A stretch of 57,581 bases of DNA, filler included, from Platydemus manokwari (taxonomy: Eukaryota): assembly GCA_037951405.1 (NCBI GenBank). It is 4 parts of 4 records of this genome, joined end to end, with 100 filler letters (N's around TTAATTAATTAA, not from the genome) between each part and the next. Parts side by side here need not be neighbours in the genome. Positions count along the whole stretch, not along the records: positions 12,292 to 28,685 come from JBBMOY011181433.1; positions 28,786 to 43,331 come from JBBMOY011445866.1; 2 more parts are not named here. One strand, given 5' to 3'. Within the stretch, counting starts at the first letter, position 1, and each line of letters begins with the position of its first letter. A program made the translations under genes and the position numbers. The notes beneath the pieces are model-generated. The model was not told the DNA's origin and ran no database searches. It worked only from the letters and a program-made list of their open reading frames with translations. Below are positions 27,001-39,360 of this stretch, piece by piece.

Positions 27001-28303
27001 AAAGATTTCGTCAATGTTTCAAATCTGATGATTGGATATTTATTTTTTGTTATTATTTTGATAATTTTGTTTTAATCGAACGAGAAAATATGAAAGAGAA
27101 ATAAACAACATTTGAAATAATGGTCCTACATTAAAGGTTTATTCCAATTAAATCCATAAAATAATCGATCTAAATAAAATCCGATTGATTGTGTTACTCC
27201 TTGAATTGATAATAATAACCAGTGTAATCCATTTAAACAAATAATAATTTAAAATTAAATTAAATAGTTTTTGTTTAAATTCATTGAAAAAATTCAAATA
27301 ATATAATAAAATAAATTATTTGCGATAGTTACGAGAAGTGTGGCTAATTATACAAAATAATTTTTCTTAAAATTCCTATCAAAAAATCAATAAATGAAAT
27401 TCGCAATTTCACAGAAATTGTTTTTATTTTAGCTACTGACAACTGAAAGCAGTATGGATTTGGTAAAATTATCAATCAGCATATTTTTAAAACTATCTCG
27501 TACATTGAAAAAAGAATGAATGAAAGCTTTTGATTATGGCTACGAAAATGATCGGGCATAGAATGATGTTTTAATCTGTAAAATAATTGGGGGAAAGTTT
27601 GTCAAGAGAAACATTTGAAAAATCAATCCGATTTGGAATAGGGATAAAAATCAATAATGTTGTGATTGATTTGTGATGTAAGGAGTTAACGGAATTTGTA
27701 TTTTTCTGTAATTCATTATAGCATGTTTATTTGAAAATGTTAAAAATTCCTGAGATATAAAATCAATTAATCGATGGGTTAGAAGCATTATAGTATTGTC
27801 AATATATTATATTATGATTATATATATATTATTGTGATTATTAATAATACTATTATCATTGGACAGAAATGATTTAAATAATTCTATTAATCAATAAATT
27901 TTGTATTGATTTTCATCATCTATCATGCAACCCTTAAACAGAATGATCAGCATGCATATAAATCTCACCTCGTTATAAATAGTGTTAACAACTTTTTATT
28001 TACACGTACTTGTTATTGAATCAATATAGAAGACCTAGTAAAGGATAAATTATAAGTAATTACTGCATAATTTATCTATAATTATAAAAAAAATATATCG
28101 ATTTAAGTTGTTCTCGTATAATCAATCTTACTTGTTCACAATGAAATGCACAAAGGTTTCATTATCTTTCGAAATCGCTTTAATAGGCACTTGTCCGTCT
28201 TCAATGAGATCCCAAGCGTTAAGAAGAGACACCTCAGTGAGCTCATCGATATATTTGTAAAATGTACAATTCGAAAAGGATTCATTGTAATCGTTCAGTT
28301 GAT
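13258..28303 (-). CDS. Spliced multi-ankyrin-repeat protein gene (10 exons reconstructed, ~630 codons, 5'-incomplete)
   Basis: Exons 28303-28132, 26578-26406, 26343-26011, 25951-25769, 21543-21287, 21232-20923, 14118-13901, 13842-13750, 13500-13434 and 13346-13258 join at GT-AG boundaries with matching phases into one open frame. Ankyrin-type motifs include DINQRNKNGETVL, DLNLRDELGATLLHRAI, GANVAARDIHKYTPRDY, DSRNRNILHLAVLY and INQTDCLQRSPIHYAV. Confidence 0.88.
13434..13500 (-). CDS. Probable (possibly cassette) exon ASQLTIKISSSLRHFSYSFRST
   Basis: Acceptor cacccag and donor G|gtgaaa; 67 nt open in phase 0 in, phase 1 out. Confidence 0.5.
13750..13842 (-). CDS. Ankyrin gene exon (NNMSALDYIEEL...RRVYNYD)
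   Basis: Polypyrimidine acceptor ttttcttttcag and donor GAC|gtaatt; completes the ankyrin motif KDA-NNMSALDY. Confidence 0.82.
13901..14118 (-). CDS. Ankyrin gene exon (VDSRNRNILHLAVLY...QIKDA)
   Basis: Acceptor gttaag and donor GCA|gtatgt; two ankyrin repeats. Confidence 0.88.
14280..14520 (-). mobile_element. 3' end of an RTE-like LINE with a (GGT)n tail
   Basis: Minus frame KQRWADRF resembles the RTE C-terminal GRP..RW.D motif; the segment ends in a ggtggtggtggt tail. Confidence 0.4.
14571..14613. repeat. (TAT)n microsatellite
   Basis: Directly visible. Confidence 0.95.
15600..18260 (-). mobile_element. Degenerate Gypsy pol remnant (RT-RNaseH-integrase order) in the 6.8-kb intron
   Basis: Frameshifted relics in Gypsy order: 'EDG.I..S..SP' (~17550), 'DH.AL.YL...AD' (~16400-16530), 'R.VVPK' (~16080) and an integrase core (~15700-15950). 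Confidence 0.5.
19050..20460 (-). mobile_element. Degenerate LINE (CR1/L2-like) reverse transcriptase remnant
   Basis: Ordered relics of NYR.IS, (Q)HGF, D..YLD, WI..L, V.SG.P.GS and ADD-like motifs. Confidence 0.5.
20923..21232 (-). CDS. Ankyrin gene exon (DVENGSVFLKMID...KKLAWG)
   Basis: Acceptor tatttag and donor G|gtacgt; corresponds to ORF 20906..21229. Confidence 0.87.
21287..21543 (-). CDS. Ankyrin gene exon (VAPCSPIAFWAF...GATLLHRAI...YTPRDYCETE)
   Basis: Acceptor tcacag; donor GAA|gttcca is weak but the only one giving the right phase; clear ankyrin repeats. Confidence 0.87.
22168..22291 (+). mobile_element. hAT (Buster/Charlie-type) MITE, 124 bp
   Basis: TIRs CAGAGGTGGCCAAC / GTTAGCCACCCCTG; perfect 8-bp TSD atctaaga with central TA. 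Confidence 0.92.
23978..24095. repeat. AT-rich tandem repeat (tgttattaatattattat units) merging into (ATT)n
   Basis: Directly visible. Confidence 0.85.
25769..25951 (-). CDS. Ankyrin gene exon (MGQGTTKVNAV...KYGVNLNVHYE)
   Basis: Acceptor tttcag and donor G|gtcagt; the 59-nt upstream intron explains the frame shift between two overlapping ORFs. Confidence 0.87.
26011..26343 (-). CDS. Ankyrin gene exon (VDSSYRC...PGLWPAVEDND...RMKHCL)
   Basis: Acceptor aattag and donor G|gtatgt; overlaps ORF 25994..26305. Confidence 0.87.
26406..26578 (-). CDS. Ankyrin gene exon (YCHCQDVVLKRIL...GIDINQRNKNGETVL...YLINLG), absent from the ORF track
   Basis: Acceptor taatcag and donor G|gtgagt; open frame with an ankyrin motif. 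Confidence 0.87.
28132..28303 (-). CDS. Ankyrin gene exon (QLNDYNESF...TFVHFIVNK)
   Basis: Acceptor attgcag and donor AA|gtaag; phase 1 in, phase 2 out; matches the next exon. Confidence 0.8.
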
Positions 28304-28685
28304 CTGCAATATATCGATGGGATTTAATAATAACAATAATCAATAATAAGGTAATGAAAATGAAAATTATTGATAGAAATATAATATGATTGACAATAAC
28401 TGTGATATACTTGCTGGAATGAATCGATAATACAGTACTGAAGGGTAACATATTATCAAGTTACCATTGATTTAACACACAGCAAGACAAGAATTATAAT
28501 CCAGTACGAAGGACTAGGAAATGATTTTATCGGTTAACTCATGCTTGTTTTGTCGACAGATTAACATGAAAATATTCTTTGCACTTGCATTAATATTAGG
28601 AAAATTGTAATAAAGATGATGAAAATATAATCGATAGGATAATAATAATAATAAATAAAAGGTGCAGTTAATAATAATAAGCGGT

Positions 28686-28785
28686 NNNNNNNNNNNNNNN
28701 NNNNNNNNNNNNNNNNNNNNNNNNNNNNNTTAATTAATTAANNNNNNNNNNNNNNNNNNNNNNNNNNNNNNNNNNNNNNNNNNNN
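28686..28785. other. Artificial contig linker 44N-TTAATTAATTAA-44N
   Basis: Same pattern as 12192-12291. Confidence 0.95.
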
Positions 28786-31063
28786 AAGAATTTTAAATAA
28801 TAATTATTATTTTAAATATAAATTTTAATAAAAAAGTTTAATTACGATTTAAAATAATTTAATAATTTTAGAATGTAATATTTTAAAATTTAATATTTTA
28901 AAATCTAATATTTTGAAATTTATATTTGATTGTTAAAAATAAAGTAATTAAATGATATAAATGTTTTCATCTATTCCTGATTAAGATTGACAAAAGAAAG
29001 CTCCCTCGAAATTTGTTTGAAAAATGTTTGATTTGGTAAAAAATAAATATTAAGAAACTCGTAATAATGACTTCTTTTGTTGAAACATCAATCTCAGGCG
29101 AAGTAGCTGCTACTAACAATCATATTATTGTAATTCGATTTTGATAGATTAATTATATATTCCTATATATTATGTTCTTATATTTATATCTAAATTGTGT
29201 TTATCATTTCTTTACTGCGCTTTCTGAATTAAATATAAGTTAAGCAAAAATAACATTACAAGCCAAAAAACCTTCCGAAACCCAAGCAAAACAATATTTT
29301 CAAAACAAAATACAAAATCTTAGAAATAATCATCATCATTTTAAAATCCTCTCATCTCTCTTTGTATAAAATATTTAATTTTCTGTGTTTTCTTAATTTA
29401 TTTTTTTTTATTCATACTCTATCGATATTTATCAATATAAAATTTCCATTTCTTCTATCTTCTTTATATGTCCTCTATATCTTCACTAAAATTCCCACGT
29501 TCTTTCTTATACGGTTATGCCATAGACCTTCTCAAATCGAATTAAAATGTACGGTCACCATGTAAGCAATTTCTATTTACTATAAATCACGTATTGAAAA
29601 CGAACTGAAAAGTAACGAAATCAAATTATATTTGGATTACAATTATTTAAGTAAATTAATATTCTATAAAACAAGAAATATAATTATTTAAATATAATGA
29701 TCATCACTTAAAGTTTCTCGCACTATTCTTGTCTTGAATTTTCATTGTTTTGACAAAATAAATATAATAAGCTACTACTGTTTCATTAAGGACGTTTTGA
29801 AGACGAATTAAGAAGTTCAACTCGAAAAGTATAATTAACTATAATATTCAAGACAATGATCGTTTATTTATATTTTATTTTATTCGATCATTTAAGAAGA
29901 AAATATAAAAACTTTGAAATTTTCCCAAACTCGACCCATAATTTTATATAACCGTTGGCAACGAGCTACATTTAACTTTTAATTTTAAACCGATATTCTC
30001 TCAGACAGTGTACCGAAAAAACAAGCTTCTATTTCCAAGTCAATTCATCTTGGTTTTTTGTTGATATCTGTTATGCCGATTTCCTGTGTGATCATTTAGT
30101 TTAAATAAATAATTCAAACACGAAACTAATATAACTCAACAGATCATTTAAATCGAAATTCACAGCGACAATGTTTCCTTCGCCAAGCAAAAATAAACAC
30201 ATTATGTCAAAAACAGACAACGATCGATCAAGTAAATTAAACAATTCAAATTTCGGGAGAATTTTGTTTTTCAAATTTCATGTCATCTGAAAATATTGCG
30301 TCTGATATCGAGATCGAGAAACAATACGCAATTTGTCAAATTTCCCCTAAGATTTCCAAAATTATTTTTTAATAACTTGATTTCTGAAATTATTTTTGGG
30401 CAAGAAATTATCGTTTCAAAATAGTTTTCTACATCGTGTTCATCGAGTTTCGAGAAACACAAGAGCCAAAATTACAAACCACGTCAATTATTATTTTTTC
30501 GAAATATTAGTCTTAAAAATTCATAAATAACGCTTCGTATATTGATGCTGATGAAACAAATAATATTTAACTTTGACTAGTTTATTTCGGAAAAAATTTC
30601 AAGTTTTTTTCATCAAATTTCCCTTGTAATTTCGGTGCTTCAAACCTAAACGGTTCTAATTTTCGTATCTGACTCCCCTATATATAAAAGGTTCTGACAA
30701 AAACAAATCTTTTGTCTAAATATTTATTTTTTATTTAATTATTTATAAAGATTTACTAATGTATAGCTTCAAATTATCAATTAAATATTTATAAACGAGT
30801 ACTGTGCCTCTTCACTTGTGCTGATCTATCAGAGCAGAAGCACCTTCCGAATGTATGACAAACCTCTGATTTTCTGATACAGCTATTGCAATTATCAAAT
30901 ACTAACAACTACACTGGGTTGTACTTCAACCAATCCAATCAAACCAATAATATGGAGGATACAATGCCAGTTATGAGAGGATACATTGTGAGAATTAAAA
31001 AATTTAAATTTAAAATGTTTTATAAATAAATATCCAATCTATGTAGCTGGTAAATCATTTTTA

Positions 31064-31290
31064 CCAGGTGTGTCGGTAATTCCTTTCCGGTTTTTTCGCT
31101 AAACAAAAAAAAACAAAACACAAACAAAACAAAATTTATTTATTCAAAGTATTGGCCAAATGATTCTATACATTTTGTCCATCTCTCAGGCAATTTATGG
31201 ATGCCATTCCAAAAGAACAATTTACCCTTTGAGATAAACCATTCATCGATCCATTTTTTCACTTCTTCGAAATCGGCGAAATGCTGTGAA
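31064..31290 (-). mobile_element. Mariner (Mos1-like) 3' end: transposase C-terminus and TIR
   Basis: QHFADFEEVKKWIDEWFISKGKLFFWNGIHKLPERWTKCIESFGQYFE*; terminus TA-CCAGGTGTGTCGG resembles the Mos1 TIR start CCAGGTGT. Confidence 0.9.
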
Positions 31291-31469
31291 TTTCTTTGGA
31301 TATCAAAGCGATACAACTGGATAAAAGTATTACAAAGAATTTCAAAAAGTTCTATCAAGGGTTAAAATTATATTAATACTGTATGTTTATTCTTGTTAGA
31401 TGTTCTAAGAGGAGCAATAAAAATCCACCTTCGATAATTGTGATGTTTTAAAAATAAAATATGAAATCT

Positions 31470-31628
31470 GATATTGATCATGGAATTTTAATTATATTGA
31501 TCTATTGATATTTATCATTGAATATTAATTATATTATCTTTTTGATATTGATAATGGAATATTAATTATAATATCGATTGATATTGATAATGGAATATTA
31601 ATTATAATACCTATTGGTATTGATAATT
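31470..31628. repeat. Minisatellite, ~4.3 copies of a 36-37 bp unit (gatattgataatggaatattaattataatatcgatt)
   Basis: Units aligned by eye. Confidence 0.85.
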
Positions 31629-33609
31629 ATATTTAAATTATTTATAGATATTAAGTATTTCAAACCATTTCCTCAAACGGGCAGTCTTCGAATCCTCAAG
31701 TTCGGGATCCCGATCATTTTAATTTTAATTTCAGAAATTATTTCCAATTTAAGATACCGTTTAAATCTATATCTAAATATTCTGGAGAATTAGGAAAAGT
31801 GAAACGTTTTTGTGGAAGGGGAGACCATCCCCATCTGTTCGAATACAAGCGAAATTAAAACTTAAATATCGTTATGGTGTAAATACAACATTTATTGCAT
31901 TGAATTATCGTCAGTGATGTTTGTAATAACCAAAGTGGAAAAATCATTTTCATTAATGACATTTAATACGTCCAAGTTCCGTTCTAGTAGCTTTTAGATT
32001 AAATGCACTACGTAAGATTGTAGCAAGAAACTAAGGAAAGATTTTACACTCTCATTTTAGTTAAAATGAGAATATTTATTATTTTTGTCTGTCAAAAATC
32101 TATAAATTTTAAAACTATCAATATTTTTTTTTAATTTATTGTTTTACTAATGATCATTTAAAAATAACTAATATTTTTTAAAATCGATACGAATTTTTGG
32201 TTTGTAGCAACATCTGAGTTTGCTTTGAAAAAACTAAAATAATAATATAAATAATTACATTTTATTACTAGATAAAACCACAATTGCAAGAAAGAGTTAT
32301 CAGAAAATAATTCTGAAATCGATAAGTCGACATTTTGTGGCGCATTATCATCAATATATGTGAACATATTCTTTTCGATTTTCCATTTGAAGTCAAACCA
32401 CCTTGAGAGAGAATATACCATCAAAAATCTATAAATGTGTATCTCAAATAGAAATGGGGAATAATTGCCTTTACTTCATCTGAAATACCAGCTCAGAGAC
32501 AAACCTCGGGAATAGATACAGTTACTTCTACTTTAATAATAGAATAACAGCGTCACTAGTTTTATTACAAAGTTTATTTTTACAATCCTACCACTGTACT
32601 AATGGCAAAGCAATCATAATTTTCGCCTGAATTTTTGTTCCGGTTTGAAATGGAAGGTTTCTCAACCCGACAGCTCTTAAAACATCGATTTTAACACGAT
32701 CTTACCGTGGAAATTCAAACATGGTTGATATGGTTAGAATAATTCTGATTTTGGACTTATGTCATGAAAATAAAAATCAATCATAGTATTATTATTATTA
32801 TCATTATCATTATTATTATTACCATTAAGTTTATTATTTTTTAAATTATTATTATCTAGTTCCACTTCCGGATAATAACTTTGTTTAAATTAGGGTTGTG
32901 TTTCCGGTAATCGATTCGGATTTCTTATTTATTTTTAATTTTATTGATGTGAAATTAGCTACTCACAAATTATTTTATTTTATTTTACTTTTTAAGTTCT
33001 AATTTGTATTTTATATTTGGTAAAAAAGAATTTTTTAATTTAAACCTCGTATATATCCCATGTGAGCATAAGTATACATTAAATATCGACAACATTATTC
33101 TCATGTCTGACTTAAAAGCAATTAATAAATCTATAATAACACTGTATATTCGCTTCACTTATCCATTGCGCGGGTTTTCAAAAATATGCCTCCTTTTGTA
33201 TTTGCATAAGGAAATCGCGCCAACGGGATGATTGACTCTAATTGATAGAACAGGTAAATACATGCAGACTTTCATAGTTGCATCGGGTTTGAGTACAAAA
33301 TGTTGCTCATTCAACAGATGTTATTTTTGTAATACGTTTTTCGAAATTCTCATGTGGAGAAAGATTTCCGGCGGGGTTATAAAGTGAAGAAATATGAAAA
33401 AACAGTGATATCTCGAATGCAGACATTGCTCGTGAAGAATCATTGATTGTAATGATAAAAATCAATATTATTATTCTTTTTATAAAAATAATAGAAGGAA
33501 AGTTTGAAATTGATCGCAGAAAAATAATTTTCGCGATAAATCGATAACAATGAAGCCTATTCTTTTAATATATTTTATCTTAATTTATGAATTTTACAAA
33601 TTTTAATAC

Positions 33610-33940
33610 TGTTGGATTCCAAAACAATCAAAGATTGTAAGCTGTGTTTCACTAAAGCGAACTAATCAGTACGATACAAACCCCTCAAAGACTCGACTAA
33701 ACATTGCATCAAACACAATCTAAATCTTGGCTTCTAAATGTCAGTTGGTATCTTTACATAAGTATTTAAACATGAGATTTTTATGCAATTTTTTTATCAC
33801 GTTTTGATTAAAAATTTGCATTCAAGTCAACTCTGATTGATTGGTTACTATGCCTGTATGGCTGTGTAGTCATGCAATTACTTAAAGTATTAAAAAGAAG
33901 GTTCCAATATGGAAAATAGTTTTTCTTTTGAAATTTCAGG
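33610..33940 (-). mobile_element. Solo LTR, family 1 copy E (internally deleted)
   Basis: Starts TGTTGGATTCC; shares ctaatcagtacg, ctgattgattggtt and aaggttccaa with the other copies. Confidence 0.7.
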
Positions 33941-35694
33941 AATGAAAACCAAAATGGTGAATTCTTCAATGATGATGCGCTACAGATTAGAGCTTTGAAT
34001 AAGAAAAATTACTGGGTTTAATTAGGTTTTTTTCATTCCATCCCTTCATACTAATTCAATTCAATAGTACAACTGGATAAGTTGATGAAATAACTGTAAA
34101 AAAATAAATATCTAAACTAATAAATATCAATGAGAAAAACTATTAATTTTGAAATTCTTCACGTTTTTCTAAGACACGTTAATGCAATTATCGAAAGAAA
34201 ATCGATTTAGGTAATGAGATTTCTTGATTGACTCTAAAAATCACCAAATCATTTCTCAGAATTAAAAACCATTTCTTTTCAATACGGAAGAAATCAAATT
34301 TTTGGATTGTAAGAATCATCTGACTGTCGTTTTCCTTTGATGTTTTATCTAATTGTTTCCATTTATTTATGTCTCGTCAATTTTATTATCTATGTGCGAT
34401 GCAGTGTATCATATTTTAATTTGGGCTTTGCTTGATTTGTGATCGGTATTGACAAGTGCGAACGAATATATTTCTCTTATTTGATGAGCCAATATAGCAA
34501 AACAATTCCGAATTTATTCATGTGATAAGCTTAGTTATTTAATAATGATTCTGCTATAAATATTTATCCTATTGGGACTTTTCCTCAAACTTTAACTTAT
34601 CGCTTATGAATTTAAATTTTAAAGGTTTTATAAACTTAAAAATTAAAATTAAAAATTGAAAATATTTGATATAATAAATTCTAAAGTAAATCATATTAAA
34701 GATATTAAATTTAATTATAAAAATTAAATTAATGAGTATTTTAATCTAAAATTATTGTTTCAATTTATTTTGATTAGATATTAATTGTTGGGACTTACTT
34801 TGTTTAAATATCTTTTAATTGATGCTCGAATAATTTAAATTTGCAATTATTCGCTTGATTAAAAAATTCCTTATTAAAGTCATAATGATATTAGGATTAT
34901 ATCTATACGTTTCTTGTATTCCTTAAAAAATTGTTCTTAAAACTTCTTAAATTATTAGGAAAAAAATCCGTTCTCAGTTAGAACTCGATTTTACAGACAA
35001 AACATTGCTGTTAACATGATTAGTTTATTTTGTAAAATACAGGTGCAATGAAATGTTTACTTAATTTCTCTGGGGATTATGACTTGAGCAGGTGCCTAAT
35101 GTATTTATAATGCTAATGAGTTATTTCGCAAAAAAAATTAATTTATTACGAGTTTTTCATTATTATTACATGTATTTCATTAAATTTTATATATTGTATG
35201 ATTTAAGAGATTTTAAACCATTCCCCAAAATGTTATACACAGAATTTAAGGTTACTGCAAACTCTTGCTGTCTCCAAATTCATTAATAATATTAAATCGA
35301 AATAATAATATTATTCTTTATCGAGTGATATAATGTTTAACTAAACTCAAGATGTTAATTAAATCCGCTAATATTGCGAAAATACTGACTCTATTGTTTC
35401 CTTGTTATATATTGTTTGCATTCTTTCATAGTTCTTTCTCCTTCCTAAAAGTTATAAGGTCCATAATTTTAGAAATATTTATTGAGGATTTTTAAATAAT
35501 TGTTCGTGTTTTTTAAAATAAAATTATAATTTAAAATACCATTGTTTGAAAATTATTTAAAAATGTATGTTGATATTCATTAAGTGTTGAGAGTCTCGAA
35601 TAATATTCAATGCGAAACTTCAATGAAATACTTGTCCAAATTATTTCGTGTTTCTCGGCTTTATAAATTCAATGAGAGAGTACTAATAAATATA

Positions 35695-35956
35695 TACCGC
35701 GTCATTCATAAGTCTCCATCTTTAAAACTAAAATAAAATAAGAGTAAAAACAAACCAGATGTATTGAGTTACACAGCAAGACACAATAACAGCAAGAACA
35801 AATAACTGTAAATAACTGTTCACCATCTTGCTCCAAACTTTTTCTTCATGATTTCATCAGGCTGTCTTCCTGATTGCTATTTCTTGAATAAGTTTCCAGT
35901 TTCTTCAAACCTCTGTTTCCAGTATTGCACTGTTGTTCTAGATGGTGGTACACGAT
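35695..35956 (-). mobile_element. Truncated second copy of the 1146-1606 Tc1/mariner-type family
   Basis: Same TIR (taccgcgtcattcataagtctcc) and peptide RVPPSRTTVQYWKQRFEETGN...SGR. Confidence 0.75.
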
Positions 35957-37903
35957 ATTACAAAATTATGAAATTTCGACTGAAGTGAATACAAAGAATC
36001 TGAATTGTTTGATTTCAAATCTTGAATAATCTAGAGATTAAAAATTTCACAAAAAATGATAATTTGGAGAACATGTAAAAGTAGGTCAATTTATAAATAA
36101 AAGAAAATTAGAAAAGATAATTTTAAAACAAATACAAAGATATTCAACATTGTTACCATTATTCTGCAAGGACAAGTAATTTTATATTATTGAATATTCT
36201 AGTATTTGGTTGAGTGGCTCTCCAGTTTTATGAAATATTAAGGTAATATCAGGGTTGGAAACATAAATCATATTAAAATTTCCCGCAGAATCCTATTGAT
36301 CTTATTGAATAAGAAAGATGGCAATATCAGAACTAAGAATATCGAGATATTTACACTTAAGATAATGAAGCTTTAAGTAGACTTTTCTCGGTGTTTTTAT
36401 TACTGTTAATAAACATTTTAAATGGTTTATAAAATTAATTTTTAGCTTGAAATCTTTCAAAATTACATTATAAAATCAAATGAGGACTAATTTTCAAAAC
36501 ATGACCTTGTTCAAAGTCAAAAAAAACTTTAATTTTTAAATCGAAAACAATGTTTTTAATGTCAAAAAATTACTAAAGTATGATTTTCAATTCGATGATT
36601 TTATCAAATAAATTTTATTACAAATGTTAGAGTCATTAACATTTTCTCGTGGAATTCAAGATATCGAGTCATTTTATATAAATAATCGGTCGGCCGATGT
36701 ATTGGTTTATCTCAAATAAAATATTTACAATTCAGTCTTTCCCATTTTTTTAAAGAATCAATCCAACACAAAAGAAATTATATTATATTATTGTTACTAA
36801 ATCCTTTATAAAACCGACTTCCTCATCGAAATACAAGAAAAACTCAATCCATTTTCTGAGATAATTATCCTGTTATAGATCTCATTTCGTTGTTGCCTAT
36901 CGTTATACTAACAATACAAAATAATTTATTTCCACCACGTGTAGAAAAATCTACTGCTTTGTAATCATTATAAAGTTATTCCACGAACAGTCTTTAATCA
37001 CGATATGATAATAGTTATTAATTAATGATTAGATGGATGGAAAACTTTGAAATATATTTAATTATCCTTATTCAGTGTTTAAGCAGAACTTTATTGAGGA
37101 AAAGAAATTTCTAATTTTTTGACATAAATATATTTCCATGTTTGAACCAAACGAAATTACTCACTCTCCTTCGATTAGGAAGATTTTCGATTATTAAATG
37201 TCATCACAATTTACTTTTACTGGAGAATTTTAATTGATAATGAACTGATATATTTAATAAATATCGACCTATTACTAATGATGGCAAATAACTATTGAAA
37301 CAAAATTAAAACTATAATAATAATAATATTAAAAATAATGATAATAGGAACAATAAAATAAATAATAAATAATAATAATACTTACTATTTTTATTATTAA
37401 AATTAATATTACTATTTTTTCCTCATTTCTACTTTTAATTTCCAACACCGAATTGCAAACCGAGATTTTTATTAGTGTCACACATTTTGGAGTTTTGAAA
37501 CTTTTATTTAAGTACTTGAGAAAAATTTTAGTTGTTTAGAATTAAATATTATATATTCACAGGAGTTTCAAAATTTACTAAAATTTAAATATTTGACAAA
37601 CGGGTCAAAGTAGGCCTGATGGAATCCTAGGAGTTTGTGCTAAGTTGTATTTTGCGTGATGATTTAAAAATAATTCAACTAATAATAATTTGTTGAACGA
37701 ACAGTAGGTTAGATAGTTATGATTAAAATCAGAACAATGGAGATTTCACCGATGATCTGATCCAAATCAGAATAGGGGTTTGCATGTAATTCGGATAATA
37801 TAGTATAAATAAATAATAAAATAATGAACGAAAATAAGAATACTTTTATTGTAATACAAAATTATCGAATGTGTGTAATACTACAATATCAACATAGATT
37901 TAG

Positions 37904-38846
37904 TGTTGTGCTCTGAAGATGAAAACAACCGACGTAGGGAACTAGGTCCCACCCTACTTCGGACAATAAACTAAAGAAGTGTTTTGATTTTAGTTTACAA
38001 ACCCTTGTGACTTTGCAATTAATAATTTAGCCCCGCAAATCTCAACGAGCTTTGCGAGGAGATGAATGAAGTTAAAACAAAAATATTTACCATTCACATA
38101 GATTATAGATTTATCGAATTGACTGATTGAATGAACTAGAGGAGGATGTGGTCCCAATCTTACGGTGAAGAATATGCTTAAGTTGATGTGTGTTAATTGA
38201 TGAAAAGATTCTCCTGGATTGATGCTGATTCTTAGCGTAGAGGTATAATATTCCACTTGAATGAGCTGAATTTATTTGTAATGGACTTCTCCCAGAATAG
38301 CTCTGATAATTCTAGAGCAGAAACGATGAGGTTTTGTCCCAGAATTAATTTAGCCCTGAAGAATGAGCGTCCTGACGTTTCTTGAGAAATTGAAGTGTTG
38401 CTGATTAATCGTTAAACTAAGTGCAAATTTTTATCCTGAAATTTAAGTGCAAATTCCCCCTTTTGGGCTGGTTTTATATACCCAGATTTTTTGCTGGAGT
38501 GATGATTAATTTTTTCGCGAACAGTTTTTTCCCTTATTTATTTATTTATTTTCCATTGTTGCTTATGCTTTCGCTTTAGTAATGTGTAAATCACCATGGA
38601 GATGTGAATTATTATTTAAAATTGTCATGGAAACGAGCATTTTAAAATTCATTTTGGGGTTTGATTATTCATTTATTTTATTATCTTATTTGTGTGGGCG
38701 GGGTGTAGGTTGAATATACTCCAAGCGATTAATTGAAAATTAGCGAGGACCCCTTTTTAACTTTAGAAGTAAATGGAGTGATATCTAAGTTTTTTAGAGT
38801 TGTTTCATCATAAAGTGGCGTGTTAATAATTGGGGTGTGCCAGAAA
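37904..38846 (-). mobile_element. Probable solo LTR (third family)
   Basis: GC-richer block starting TGTTGTG with a degenerate other end, minus-strand TATATAAAA near 38472-38480, and a ggaccc motif like the nested LTR. TSD not clear. Confidence 0.4.
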
Positions 38847-38929
38847 CTATGTTCAAAATAAGCATAATAATCTATTTAATAGAATTAAAATCCATCGATA
38901 GTGTAACTAAATAAAGATTTCATTCAAAT

Positions 38930-39360
38930 CTAATAAATCGTATCGGTGGAAAAGTTTTCGTATTCGAATAGGAGCTTAGTTCAACAATTTGGCCTTGTTC
39001 ATTTTCAACATTATGAATAAGGTATTTTTTGTGCTCGGGACTCACACAAAAAGTGTACTAGCAAAATGACCTCCATAAGCAAAGCAAAAATCAACAAATA
39101 TTGACAATTTTTATTAAAATAAAATTATAGCGTGGCTATATAAACTATAATTGGAGAGCAAAATATTGTCGAAGAAATTGATGACGCCTATTTTGGAGGG
39201 GCCAAGTATAATATCGAACACCGAAGACATGATGTTTGAGTTGTTAAAAGACTGCAGACATTTGGTAAGAAATAATTGCTTCTGATTTCTAGTCCGCAAC
39301 CGAAGCGCATTGATTCTAAAATACGGATTAATCAGAAATTTTATATTTAAAATGATACTT
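38930..39360 (+). mobile_element. Merlin (IS1595/ISXO2-like DDE) transposase remnant
   Basis: IGEQNIVEEIDDAYFGGAKYNIEHRRHDV*V, then after a frameshift CF*FLVRNRSALIL. This matches the Merlin pattern IGG...VEIDES.FG.RKY.RG...WV...CFL..V..R.A.TL. Confidence 0.72.

Noticed and set aside
28304-28451. Hydrophobic N-terminal 'membrane anchor' in ORF 28128..28451
   Set aside because: It is AT-rich low-complexity sequence upstream of a good acceptor and most likely intron.
28450-28515. ATG|gtaact as a start exon
   Set aside because: It is phase 0 while the next exon needs phase 1, and the phase-1 reading contains TAA.
33120-33430. Possible LINE RT relic on the plus strand
   Set aside because: Motifs are too degenerate to support a call.
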